From an uncultured virus (IMG/VR IMGVR_UViG_3300027734_000063) (lineage: Duplodnaviria; Heunggongvirae; Uroviricota; Caudoviricetes), in IMG/VR virus record IMGVR_UViG_3300027734_000063: a DNA stretch of 64,000 nucleotides; one strand, written 5' to 3'. Of the stretch, positions 38,378 through 47,838 are shown piece by piece. Every line of letters starts with the position of its first letter. The first letter of the stretch is position 1. Under the pieces are notes generated by a model. The model saw nothing but the letters and a program-made list of their open reading frames with translations. It was not told where the DNA came from and did no database searches. The translations under genes and the position numbers were made by a program.

Positions 38378-39153
38378 TAGATTGTTCCGTAAGCGGTTAC
38401 GTTACCTGTACAGACTAGGTTGCCAGTTGAATCTAATCGCATCTTATTGACCCCCCCATAGCGGAAATAGAGGTATCCAGCAGATTCTAAAACTGTCCAG
38501 TTAGCACCTAGTAACTGGGTGGCACTTGCAGCCAAGGTAGCGTTACCTGCGGTAAAGGAAGCGCCTGTGCCTGTAAGACCTGTTCCTGGACCAACAAACT
38601 GGGTAGAAGCGGTAATAGTGGTTCCAGTTGCAGCAGCCAAGGTAGTAGCGCCAGTAACGGCTAGAGTAGTTCCTACGCTAAGACTAGTCGTATTGGTCTG
38701 CGCCCCTCCAACTAACAATGTTCCGTTAACGTAAAAGTTACCCGCAGAGCCAGTCTGGGAAGAGTAGAAGTTAGTGCCGTTACAAAATACTTGGGCGGTA
38801 ATTCCGTTGGGAATGGTAACTGCTACACCTGTAGTGCCGCCAATGGTAATGGCAAAACCGCCTGTAGTTTGGTTAGAGATGATATAAGTCTTCTCTACTA
38901 ATGGGGCTACGACTTGCCGAATAGCAGAGTTTGTACCAGAAATGACTAAAACTTGATTGCGGGCTTCATCAGCCGTGCCGTTAAAACTTGTTAGAACATA
39001 GTCTGCATTAGACATGGTAATCGGTTGAACGCCAGTAATGGCTTGTTCTAGGAGGATTCCCAAGTTGTTATTGGTTGTGCTGCCCCATGTACCAGACTGG
39101 TCTCCAGCACCGATAAGCTCTAATTTAAGCGATGGTGAATAGGTAGAAGCCAT
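38377..39153 (-). CDS. tail fibre protein
   Basis: T/G/A-rich; GTWGSTTNNN start; C-terminal MRLDSTGNLVCTGNVTAY fibre-tip motif. Confidence 0.75.
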   Translation of the reverse strand: MASTYSPSLKLELIGAGDQSGTWGSTTNNNLGILLEQAITGVQPITMSNADYVLTSFNGTADEARNQVLVISGTNSAIRQVVAPLVEKTYIISNQTTGGFAITIGGTTGVAVTIPNGITAQVFCNGTNFYSSQTGSAGNFYVNGTLLVGGAQTNTTSLSVGTTLAVTGATTLAAATGTTITASTQFVGPGTGLTGTGASFTAGNATLAASATQLLGANWTVLESAGYLYFRYGGVNKMRLDSTGNLVCTGNVTAYGTI

Positions 39154-39162
39154 AGTGATTCC

Positions 39163-39891
39163 TTAAAATTGACTATTGTTAATTTGAGTCCAATTTGGAG
39201 TTTGGTCATCACTTACATCACTCCAAGTAATGCTTTGACTATTGTTTAATGCGTTCCATGTAATTGACTGGTCATCGTTGATTTTAAACCAGCCATAGGC
39301 TATTTGGGTTTCTAAGAATGTAATTAATTCTGCTACTGTAGGTTTAAAGTTAACTTGCGCTGCCCAGGCATCAGTAAGGCTAAATGACTCTAGGACTGCT
39401 CCTACAAAGGAAACCGTAGCAGCCTCGGTATCTGTAAAGGTAATGCTGTCTGCTAAAGCCCCTACAAAGTTAGCATTGGCTGCCCAGACATCAGCGAATG
39501 TAACGGTATCAGCGTTAGTTTTAGGGAAATTACCAGTTCCAGCATACTCATCTGTAAAGGTTACAGTTTCGGCATCGGTAGGATTAAAGTCTATCTGCCC
39601 GACTTCTGCATCTGTCAGAGTAAAAGATTCTGCCAGCGCCCTTGCACCAGACCAATTACCTTGCGCTGCATCATCTAAAGAGAATGTCTCGGCATCGGTT
39701 AAGAAGAAATCAAACGTTGTGCCACCGCCATCGCTATCAGCCAAAGCTATAGAATCAGCAATAATCCCGCTAAAAGCCATTTGAACGGCATAAACGTCAG
39801 ACAGGTTAAAGCTCTCAGTCACCGTCATTGGGTACGCATTGCCACCTAATGCAGCAAAAGGCGATTGAGCAAAGGCTGAGATTCCGAACAC
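39163..39891 (-). CDS. virion protein with nine ~20-aa acidic repeats
   Basis: [E/D][S/T]-hydrophobic-x-[L/F]-x-D periodicity; MFGISAFAQSPFA start (GTG). Confidence 0.75.
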   Translation of the reverse strand: MFGISAFAQSPFAALGGNAYPMTVTESFNLSDVYAVQMAFSGIIADSIALADSDGGGTTFDFFLTDAETFSLDDAAQGNWSGARALAESFTLTDAEVGQIDFNPTDAETVTFTDEYAGTGNFPKTNADTVTFADVWAANANFVGALADSITFTDTEAATVSFVGAVLESFSLTDAWAAQVNFKPTVAELITFLETQIAYGWFKINDDQSITWNALNNSQSITWSDVSDDQTPNWTQINNSQF

Positions 39892-39894
39892 GGG

Positions 39895-40356
39895 TTATCC
39901 TTTAATTTCCATAGCAGTAATTGAAGTAACCACATTGTTTTCACCCATAAAAACAGAACCAGTATTTGTTCTAAAATATACAGTATATGTTGTGGAAGAA
40001 GTGGAATTAGGTGAATCCAAATAAGACATACCAAATGGAAACTCATTACCATTGCCATTACTAAACAATGCCATACCTAATGATGCTCCACCTAAATTTG
40101 TTGCCCCACGATAAATTGTGTAATACAAGCTATTTGTTGTGCTGCCTTGTGCAGTAGTATTAACAATAACAAAAACTTTATTGGAAGAACTAGTTGGGGT
40201 AATTGACACCGCTAAAGTAGCAGATACAAATGATGTGCTTGATGTAGATACTTGAGAAGTGGTTGTGTTAGTAACAGTCTGAATCACAGACCCCGTAGGC
40301 ATTGCAGCGCTTTGTACAAAAGATGGGCCAGTATCGCCACTTAGAATTAAAGCCAT
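39895..40356 (-). CDS. tail fibre head-like protein
   Basis: GSVIQTV...ITPTSSSNKV...LDSPNSTSSTTYTVY...ITAMEI. Confidence 0.75.
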   Translation of the reverse strand: MALILSGDTGPSFVQSAAMPTGSVIQTVTNTTTSQVSTSSTSFVSATLAVSITPTSSSNKVFVIVNTTAQGSTTNSLYYTIYRGATNLGGASLGMALFSNGNGNEFPFGMSYLDSPNSTSSTTYTVYFRTNTGSVFMGENNVVTSITAMEIKG

Positions 40357-40862
40357 TATGCGCCCCTCAAAAGACAGCCAGAGAAATATGTAAATATTTG
40401 TGGAGAAGTTCCGTATATTACTGCGGCATTTCCAGCATTTAGGTACATTTCAAGGTAGTCTGTAGTTCCGTTAAAATATATCAACATACTATTACCAACA
40501 GAATTGTAAGACGCAGTTGTTAAAGTAACCTCTGCAAATTGCCCATATCTTGACCCATTTTTCCAAGGGTATAAAGCAGCATATCCAGTTACCGCATTTG
40601 TAATGGCAATTGAACAACTTATTTGATAATAGCCAGCAACAGTGGGTGTAAAACGGTTAGAAGCAAAATTGTTGTTTGTGTCAAATTGTTCTGTATCAAA
40701 TAATATTTTTGTATCACTACTTGCAGTTACAGTTTGATTTGTTGTAGCGTAAGCAAAGAAAGCTGGCGCACTTTGCCCGTTATATTGAAGCAATACGTTG
40801 CCGCTGTTATCTGGAGTAACTACCAGACCAGACGAGGTTGAGGCATTGATTGTTGTTGTCAT
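40356..40862 (-). CDS. C1q/TNF-like receptor-binding domain protein
   Basis: PAFFAY...FDTEQFDTNNNFASNRFTPTVAGYY...FSGCL. Confidence 0.8.
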   Translation of the reverse strand: MTTTINASTSSGLVVTPDNSGNVLLQYNGQSAPAFFAYATTNQTVTASSDTKILFDTEQFDTNNNFASNRFTPTVAGYYQISCSIAITNAVTGYAALYPWKNGSRYGQFAEVTLTTASYNSVGNSMLIYFNGTTDYLEMYLNAGNAAVIYGTSPQIFTYFSGCLLRGA

Positions 40863-41425
40863 TATGCGCCCCTAACCATATAGCCAGTAAATGTAGAATA
40901 CTTTGTAGTCGCATTTCCACGAATACCATTAATACTGGCACCTGATGTGTAGTCATATTGATATGCGTAAATTTCTACATAATCAGTTGTTCCATTCATA
41001 TACAAAGTTGTTGTTGCTAGTATTGTTGCAGTATTTGTTTGATTGTTAAAAAAATAAACATTAGTAACAAAATCGTATTCTGTTCCATTTTTGTATATTG
41101 AATTAGAAAACGCATAGTTTTTACTTACTGCAGCATCAAAAAGAAGTTTGCTCGTAATTGTGTAATATCCAGCAACAGTTGGTGTAAATCTGTTTGAAGC
41201 ATAGTTGTTGTTTGTATCGTAAACTTCTGCATCAAAAGTAACCTTTGTGTAAGTGTTCTGAGCAAGGCTTTGATAAGTTGTAGTTGCGTATGCACTAAAA
41301 GCTGGGCCATTAATAGCCAAAGTACCAGTAGTAGTCGGCAAAGTAAGCGTAGGGCTACCAGCAACGGCTGGGGCTTGCAGTAATACCGAACCTGAAGTAT
41401 CGCCAAGGATGCTAATAGAACTCAT
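40862..41425 (-). CDS. C1q/TNF-like receptor-binding domain protein
   Basis: PAFSAY...FDAEVYDTNNNYASNRFTPTVAGYY...FTGYM. Confidence 0.8.
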   Translation of the reverse strand: MSSISILGDTSGSVLLQAPAVAGSPTLTLPTTTGTLAINGPAFSAYATTTYQSLAQNTYTKVTFDAEVYDTNNNYASNRFTPTVAGYYTITSKLLFDAAVSKNYAFSNSIYKNGTEYDFVTNVYFFNNQTNTATILATTTLYMNGTTDYVEIYAYQYDYTSGASINGIRGNATTKYSTFTGYMVRGA

Positions 41426-41631
41426 AAAATTGCCCATCTCGATCCGCTAGGGATCGTCACAGTAACACCGCTTGCAATCGTAATTGGCCCGACAGACATA
41501 GCCGAAGACCCCGCAGGAATAGCGTAAGAAGTAGAGATTGTCTGGGTGTTTAAATAAATAGGTACTTCTGGAGCAAACGCTACAGAGCTGCCCCCACCGA
41601 TCATTGCACTTTGGACTTTAGTTAGAGCCAT
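41422..41631 (-). CDS. small tail protein
   Basis: AMSVGPITIASGVTVTIPSGSRW; AAGGA RBS. Confidence 0.75.
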   Translation of the reverse strand: MALTKVQSAMIGGGSSVAFAPEVPIYLNTQTISTSYAIPAGSSAMSVGPITIASGVTVTIPSGSRWAIL

Positions 41632-41640
41632 GATTTATCC

Positions 41641-42513
41641 TTAAGCTGTAAATACACCGCTAGTTGTAAAGGTGTGATAAGTGTATCCACCAGAAGAGCT
41701 AATATCCCCTCCTGTACCCCGTTGAGAACCTAAATAACGGACGATAACTATTCCAGAACCACCAGCATAACCAGCAACGTTAGAAGGTCCACCGCCACCG
41801 CCACCACCTGTGTTAGCTGAACCAACAGCGCCACTACCACCGCCACCATTACCACCAGCACCGTTAGTTCCAGAGCTGTAATAACCACCACCGCCACCGC
41901 CAGCGTAATAAGTACCGTTTAGCCATTGAAGTCCAACTCCACCAGCACCGCCATTATTTGTTCCGCCATTAGTAGAACCAACTGCACCAGCTCCTCCACC
42001 ACCGCCGCCACCGCCATCTGGAGCGCCACCACCTGTGTTTCCTTGTCCAACTACAGAAACGCCACCATCACCTCCTGGACGAGCGCCACCACCTGAACCA
42101 CCTGAACCACCACTTTGCTGACCTGATGTATACGAACCTCCGCCTCCACCACCAGAAGCAGATATGTTTCCAGATGAAAAAGTGCTATTTGAACCTGTGC
42201 TTCCACGAGTACCACCTGTACCACCAGCTCCGCCAGCGCCAGGAGAAGCTCCATATTTATTGCCCGTAGTAACCACCATAGAATTAGCAATATACCCACC
42301 AGCTCCGCCGCCGCCACCGCCGTAGTAAACAGCCCCAATAGCAGAACCACCTCCGCCACCTCCAGCTACAACTAAATAATCAACAAAATAATTAGATGTG
42401 CCTAAACCGCCGTTGGCAACAGGCAATACTCCACTAACACCAGCAGTCAAAGAAACCTGACCAGACGAATTTACGTTAGTACCAAGAGCGCCTAAGTTAG
42501 CTGCTTGTGTCAT
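41641..42513 (-). CDS. glycine-rich tail fibre/adhesin protein
   Basis: YLVVAGGGGGG...ANTGGGGGG...GGSGIVIVRY. Confidence 0.8.
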   Translation of the reverse strand: MTQAANLGALGTNVNSSGQVSLTAGVSGVLPVANGGLGTSNYFVDYLVVAGGGGGGSAIGAVYYGGGGGGAGGYIANSMVVTTGNKYGASPGAGGAGGTGGTRGSTGSNSTFSSGNISASGGGGGGSYTSGQQSGGSGGSGGGARPGGDGGVSVVGQGNTGGGAPDGGGGGGGGAGAVGSTNGGTNNGGAGGVGLQWLNGTYYAGGGGGGYYSSGTNGAGGNGGGGSGAVGSANTGGGGGGGPSNVAGYAGGSGIVIVRYLGSQRGTGGDISSSGGYTYHTFTTSGVFTA

Positions 42514-42713
42514 TATTCACCCCAAACTGCGTTGCATACAGCCTGTACTTTAACGTCTTGCTCAGAGATGTCATCGCCTTTAGAAAGCGTCCAGCGGTGA
42601 TAACTTTTACTTAGTTCTTTGCCATCTTCAAGGATAGTTGTAGCCTGACGCACTTGAACAATGTCATTTTCTACTACTTCAATTTTGTCGATTGTGATTT
42701 GTTTTTCTAACAT
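42513..42713 (-). CDS. small tail-associated protein
   Basis: VQVRQAT...SYHRW...VQAVCNAVW. Confidence 0.75.
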   Translation of the reverse strand: MLEKQITIDKIEVVENDIVQVRQATTILEDGKELSKSYHRWTLSKGDDISEQDVKVQAVCNAVWGE

Positions 42714-42722
42714 AATTTTTCC

Positions 42723-43802
42723 TTAAGATGCAGCAATGTAACAACCACTACATAAAATATAACTACCGCTTAGATTTGCGTTAGTTGGTAAAGTGCTTGT
42801 ATTAAAAGTATTAGCTTGAGCATTAGTAGATGATTGGTTAACTTGCCATACTAAATTTACGCTATTGGCGTTTCTACCAAACAGATAATTATAATTTTGC
42901 CCAGTAGCTGTTGAAAAAGGAAGCCCACCAAGCACAGCAGATCCAGCATTACTATTACCTGGGTAACTAAAATAAGCATTTATAAATACTAAAGTTCCAA
43001 CTTTGACGTAGTTAGCTCCTGATACGCTAAACGTTAACCCAGCACCAGAACCATCTACAGGTGTCCAAGTGCCTTCTTCATAATCATCAAGCGTATTAGC
43101 ATTAGACGAAGCAGCTTGGGTTGCTGGAAATGCAATTTGACCACCAGTTAAATTAATAGTTGGTATTGTGGCTTGCCCAGTTAGCGTAGGGGCTGCGCTT
43201 AAAACAACAGAACCCGTACCAGTAGAAGTAGTTACCCCAGTACCGCCATTAGCAACAGGCAATACACCAGAAATCAAAGTACCAGCTAAGTTAATAGCAC
43301 CAGCCGAGTTTGAGATAGCGTTAGCTACAGAACTGATTTGGAAAGACTCTACAGTAACCAGATTACCAGCCGCAGCGCCCGTAGCAAGAACAACAGTAGT
43401 TCCGTTAGTAGCAGTATAGTCAGCAGAACCTAAAAGCACACCATTCAAATAAACGTTAATAAAACCTACGGTGTAGCTAGGAGGGGTGAATGTAGTCTGT
43501 GATGCAGTAGCTGTAAACTCAGTTACGGTTCTGTATGCTGTGGTTGTTACGCCTGTTACTGGAACGCCAAGATAGCGGCATGAGATATTGCCTGTACCCG
43601 ATGGGGGAGCAGTTGAGAAAGTAAGTGTGTTACCAACTACACCATAAGTAGATGGGTCTTGTAGTACACCAGAAACCGCAACTAAGACGTTAGTAACCCC
43701 AGCAGGAGCCACCGACATTGTGTAGGCCGTAGTAGAGCCGTCACCAGAGAATTGGTCGGTAACAAAAGCCGATTGGTATATGGGGTTTCCGATGTATGGC
43801 AT
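42723..43802 (-). CDS. tail fibre protein
   Basis: MPYIGN, FSGDGSTTAYT, VLQDP, LDDYEEGTWTP, YVKVG, LPF motifs. Confidence 0.8.
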   Translation of the reverse strand: MPYIGNPIYQSAFVTDQFSGDGSTTAYTMSVAPAGVTNVLVAVSGVLQDPSTYGVVGNTLTFSTAPPSGTGNISCRYLGVPVTGVTTTAYRTVTEFTATASQTTFTPPSYTVGFINVYLNGVLLGSADYTATNGTTVVLATGAAAGNLVTVESFQISSVANAISNSAGAINLAGTLISGVLPVANGGTGVTTSTGTGSVVLSAAPTLTGQATIPTINLTGGQIAFPATQAASSNANTLDDYEEGTWTPVDGSGAGLTFSVSGANYVKVGTLVFINAYFSYPGNSNAGSAVLGGLPFSTATGQNYNYLFGRNANSVNLVWQVNQSSTNAQANTFNTSTLPTNANLSGSYILCSGCYIAAS

Positions 43803-43803
43803 A

Positions 43804-43965
43804 TTAGTCTGCTAGCTGTTCTTCGGTTGGTCGTTCTAAAGTTGGGTGTTCCCATTTAGCAATGTAATCGCCTTTGCCGTCTGAATCGTTACGCAATTCA
43901 ATAACAGTCCAAAAATCTTTATCTTCAAGACTTGGGTAAATTGTTTTAATTTTGTCGTATAACAT
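43804..43965 (-). CDS. XkdW-like small tail protein
   Basis: IYP...LRNDSDGKGDYIAKW...RPTEEQL. Confidence 0.7.
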   Translation of the reverse strand: MLYDKIKTIYPSLEDKDFWTVIELRNDSDGKGDYIAKWEHPTLERPTEEQLAD

Positions 43966-44567
43966 TATGCAACCCTCATTAAACAACCATTGAAGTATGT
44001 GTAATTTTGCGAACCAGCAAATTGAGTTGATGCGTTATTTTGACCAAACCCATATAGCTCTACATAATCCGTAGAACCGTTAAAATAAATTAGACTACTT
44101 ACAACCGATGTAGAGTCTGTAGTAACATTGTTGCCACCGTTATATAGCCAACTTCCACTCGCATATTGAGAACCGTTTTTATAAATTTGGCATCTTGCTG
44201 AAATAGCTCCACCACCAGTACCTACATAAATAGCTCCGTTTATTTGATAATAACCAGCAACTGTTGGAGTAAATCTACCACTTGTAAAGTTATTATTAGT
44301 ATCAAACACTTCAGTATCAAAATTTACTTTTGTCCAAGTGCTTGAACCAACTCCTGTTTGAGTTGAAGCTAAATATACATAAAAAGCTGGGCCGCCAACA
44401 GTTAATCCAGTACCGCCATTAGCTACAGGCAATGTACCAGTCACACCAGTAGTTAAAGGTAATCCAGTAGCATTAGTTAGCGTTACAGACGCAGGAGTTC
44501 CCAATACAGGCGCAGTCAGCGTTAACGGAGCGTTTAAGCCAGCTTGGTTTATCGTGGAGATAGCCAT
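43965..44567 (-). CDS. C1q/TNF-like receptor-binding domain protein
   Basis: PAFYVY...FDTEVFDTNNNFTSGRFTPTVAGYY...FNGCL. Confidence 0.8.
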   Translation of the reverse strand: MAISTINQAGLNAPLTLTAPVLGTPASVTLTNATGLPLTTGVTGTLPVANGGTGLTVGGPAFYVYLASTQTGVGSSTWTKVNFDTEVFDTNNNFTSGRFTPTVAGYYQINGAIYVGTGGGAISARCQIYKNGSQYASGSWLYNGGNNVTTDSTSVVSSLIYFNGSTDYVELYGFGQNNASTQFAGSQNYTYFNGCLMRVA

Positions 44568-44569
44568 TT

Positions 44570-44869
44570 TTAGCCTTGTGGTTCTTCAACTACAGGAACT
44601 TCCCATAGCCATGTATCTGTATTTAGTGTAGCGTCATCAGCTGGTTTTGGAGCAATAAACACATCGTTTTCTCTGTCGTATGTGTAGCCAATACCAGCGT
44701 AGTTACCACGCAATGGTGTACCGCCTTGAGTATGCTGATTGCCAATGGTGTTATAGGATGTTTGAATCCATTCACCAGGGCTTGAATCTACAAATGTTTG
44801 AAAGAAATCAGGTTCAGCCACAATCACTTGTGTAACTTTACCGTCAACTACTTTTGCAAAATGTCCCAT
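44570..44869 (-). CDS. conserved tail-associated protein
   Basis: MGHFAKV...WIQTSYN...RGNYAGIGYTYD; AAGGAG RBS. Confidence 0.8.
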   Translation of the reverse strand: MGHFAKVVDGKVTQVIVAEPDFFQTFVDSSPGEWIQTSYNTIGNQHTQGGTPLRGNYAGIGYTYDRENDVFIAPKPADDATLNTDTWLWEVPVVEEPQG

Positions 44870-44878
44870 GTTTTCTCC

Positions 44879-46318
44879 TTAAGCTGTATATGTACCAGAT
44901 GATGTAAAGGTGTGATAAGTGTATCCACCAGCAGAAGTAACTGTACCGCCAGTACCACGTTGTGCGCCTGAGTAGCGAATAATAACAATTCCAGAACCTC
45001 CATTACCGTTTGTTCCGCTTGAGTTCATGCCAGCACCGCCGCCTCCACCGCCTGTATTAGCAGTTGCGTTTGAACCAAGTGATCCAGTTCCAGCACCATT
45101 ACCGCCACCACCAGCACCACCTGTTCCAAAATTACTTGTTGTGTTATATAGACCGCCGCCTCCGCCACCAGCGTAGTAAGTTCCAAGAGACTGCCAATTT
45201 AAACCATTGCCCCCGCTACCAGCAACAGAAGTAGTCGCATTTCCACCAGCAGCGGCAGCGCCACCACCTCCACCTGCTGGATAATTTCCACCTGATTGAC
45301 CATTACCGCCAGTGTTACCTTGTCCAGAAGTTCCAGCTCCACCCAACCCGCTATAGCCAGAACCACCGCCGCCAGAGCCACCAGAACCACCATTAAATGT
45401 ATTACTTCCATTACCACCGCCACCGCCACCAATTGCAGTGGAAGAAGAAAAAACAGAACTTGTTCCTTGAGAGCCATTTGTTGGTGATCCAGATGAACTA
45501 CCGCCAGCGCCACCAGCGCCTACAGTTACTGTATAAGCTGTCCCTCCCGCCGCTGTATATGTAGTCGCAATATACCCACCAGCTCCGCCGCCGCCGCCTC
45601 CAACATAGCCACCTGAACTATATGTTCCGCCACCACCGCCACCACCAGCTACAACCAAATAATCAATAGCATAAGGAGCGCTATCAGCAAAATTAACCCA
45701 AGTTGTATACGTTGCGTTATACCATTCTGGATTACCAGTTGTTGTATTAAACCTCATCATTCCAGCAGCTGGTGTGCCAGGTCTTTCAGCAGTTGTACCA
45801 ACAGGAATAGTTAATGCAGTAGTACCGTAAATCTTAGCGCCACCAGCGTAATACAAGTCCATCATTGCAGAACGGCTAGACGAACCACCATGATAGAAAA
45901 TCATGTCATCTAATGGACCTGTAGTCAAACGAGCTGCACCTGTAACGTAATCAACAATAACTCCATCAATATAAGAGTTACCAAAGTCACCAGTGGCTAA
46001 GTAACCACCAGATGCAGTAATGTCACCAATAACGGATGGGTCTTGAGAGATAGCAGCGTAAGTAGTAATAAGGCTAGTGTACTCAACCCAGATGTTGTTT
46101 GTGCCAGATAGCGGAGCAGATGTAAACGTAATTGCATTACCAGATACAGTAAAAGCTGTGCTTGGGTTCTGAATGACGTTATCAATAGCGCAAATGATCT
46201 GCGCCACAGAAGCTATGTTACGAGACAGAGTAAAAGTTACAGTTACGCCATTACCGCTAAAGTAATCAATAGCTGGGGCAAAGCCCTGATTCTGAACTGT
46301 ATTACCGATGTATGGCAT
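44879..46318 (-). CDS. glycine-rich tail fibre protein
   Basis: MPYIGN head, PVGTTAERP...GMMRFN linker, Gly-rich C-domain paralogous to 41641-42513. Confidence 0.8.
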   Translation of the reverse strand: MPYIGNTVQNQGFAPAIDYFSGNGVTVTFTLSRNIASVAQIICAIDNVIQNPSTAFTVSGNAITFTSAPLSGTNNIWVEYTSLITTYAAISQDPSVIGDITASGGYLATGDFGNSYIDGVIVDYVTGAARLTTGPLDDMIFYHGGSSSRSAMMDLYYAGGAKIYGTTALTIPVGTTAERPGTPAAGMMRFNTTTGNPEWYNATYTTWVNFADSAPYAIDYLVVAGGGGGGGTYSSGGYVGGGGGGAGGYIATTYTAAGGTAYTVTVGAGGAGGSSSGSPTNGSQGTSSVFSSSTAIGGGGGGNGSNTFNGGSGGSGGGGSGYSGLGGAGTSGQGNTGGNGQSGGNYPAGGGGGAAAAGGNATTSVAGSGGNGLNWQSLGTYYAGGGGGGLYNTTSNFGTGGAGGGGNGAGTGSLGSNATANTGGGGGGAGMNSSGTNGNGGSGIVIIRYSGAQRGTGGTVTSAGGYTYHTFTSSGTYTA

Positions 46319-46319
46319 A

Positions 46320-46646
46320 TTAGGTCGCAGTCAAAGCAGAAACAAACGCATCACAAGAAGAAGCTGTACTAGAAACAACAGTTAGTGAATCGCTAGTTTT
46401 CATTACAACACGGTTGCCTTGAATTGCTTCAAGTGAGCCACCTACAGGCACAGTAGCTTGATAGACCAAATAGTAGTTCACAGAGCTACGGGTAATGTAG
46501 GCACTAACTGTAATTGGGCTTGCACCTGTGTTTGCCAAGATAAGGCTTGATACCGCAACAGTACCAGAAGCAATCGAAGAAATAGCAGTTGAGCCAGACG
46601 TGCTGACGTTCTTTACCGCATACGAGTTATTTGAATAAGTTGCCAT
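46320..46646 (-). CDS. putative tail protein
   Basis: Beta-rich 108 aa within the structural operon. Confidence 0.75.
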   Translation of the reverse strand: MATYSNNSYAVKNVSTSGSTAISSIASGTVAVSSLILANTGASPITVSAYITRSSVNYYLVYQATVPVGGSLEAIQGNRVVMKTSDSLTVVSSTASSCDAFVSALTAT

Positions 46647-46647
46647 A

Positions 46648-47226
46648 TTAGCCCATCATAAAGGATAAGAAGTACGCATCGTCTGCCGTTGCTGCCGTAT
46701 TTGCTGACCAGACTGGAGCTGTACCGTTTGATGTAAGGACATACCCGTTGGTTCCAATACCCAGTTTAGACAGCGCAGTACCAGTAGCATAATAGGGTAG
46801 ATCACCAGCAGTATAGGAAGTAAGCCCAGTACCACCATAAGCCGTAGTAATTGCAGTAGCATTCCAAACTCCCGAAGCAATAGTCCCAAGCGGAGACACG
46901 TTACCAGAAGCATCCTCATATACAGACTGCGAAGACGGATAAGTAATAAATACGTTTTGCGTACCAGTACTAAAATTAACTGTAGAACCAGAGTTGCTAG
47001 AAGATAAAACAGTATTACGAACCAGCTGGTTTGGAGAAGTAAAAGTCCCAAGACCCACTTCCCAGTTTGCGCCACCTAGATCAGCAATTGTGTAATAAGT
47101 TGTAGAGCCTGATGTTAATGCTGTATTAAAAGACTGATAGCCAAGCGAAGCGCCCAGCAAGGTAACAGTACCCGTGCCAGGAGCCGAGGCGGTTTCTAGT
47201 ACCCTATCTCTTAACTGGAGAGCCAT
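46648..47226 (-). CDS. putative tail protein
   Basis: DRVLET...WEVGLGT...NVFITYP motif. Confidence 0.75.
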   Translation of the reverse strand: MALQLRDRVLETASAPGTGTVTLLGASLGYQSFNTALTSGSTTYYTIADLGGANWEVGLGTFTSPNQLVRNTVLSSSNSGSTVNFSTGTQNVFITYPSSQSVYEDASGNVSPLGTIASGVWNATAITTAYGGTGLTSYTAGDLPYYATGTALSKLGIGTNGYVLTSNGTAPVWSANTAATADDAYFLSFMMG

Positions 47227-47236
47227 TTAAAGCTCC

Positions 47237-47830
47237 TTAGCCAGCAGCCGACAGCGTGTAAGTCACATTTATTGTATCGCCAGACGTTACAGTCTTAGAA
47301 CCAGCCGTAAATGCACCAATACTGAACAAAACGCCTGTTGTGCTATCAATGGTAGTTGAACCACCTACGTTAATAAATGCGCCGTATACAGTTCCAGAAC
47401 CAGTCATGCTAAACACCACCGCAGCGCTGGTTGACAAAACGGAAGGATTCGCTGTCGTTGATGCTGAGAAACTTGGAGTTTTACGGGTTCCAGAGTAGGT
47501 TGGGGCATTAGCACCGCCAACTTCGTACCAACCAGCATGGCTAGACTGAGTATCAGCATAAGCTGGAGTAAACGTACTAGAGCCATTTGCGCCTCCTAGA
47601 CCCATAACAATTGCACCACCGCCAGTATTACCAAAGTAAGAATTCATTAAATTGGCACGACCTACGTTGGTAGTTAAGTTTTTAATGGTATCTGACCATT
47701 TTTCATTGCCGTCTGCATCAAAGCAGGTAGCAACGTATACACCTTCTAGACCAACAGTTTCAACAGAACCACCGCCAAAGGAGGCTGATCCACCAAAGTT
47801 ATCGGACATTTTTGTTATTTCTGCACTCAT
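47237..47830 (-). CDS. putative tail/baseplate protein
   Basis: EKWSD...NLTTNVG; GDTINVTYT; AGGAG RBS. Confidence 0.75.
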   Translation of the reverse strand: MSAEITKMSDNFGGSASFGGGSVETVGLEGVYVATCFDADGNEKWSDTIKNLTTNVGRANLMNSYFGNTGGGAIVMGLGGANGSSTFTPAYADTQSSHAGWYEVGGANAPTYSGTRKTPSFSASTTANPSVLSTSAAVVFSMTGSGTVYGAFINVGGSTTIDSTTGVLFSIGAFTAGSKTVTSGDTINVTYTLSAAG

Positions 47831-47838
47831 AATTACTC

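Noticed and set aside
41641..46318. Diversity-generating retroelement or invertase shufflon among paralogous tail genes
   Set aside because: No reverse transcriptase or recombinase seen; repeats are direct and differences are not adenine-specific
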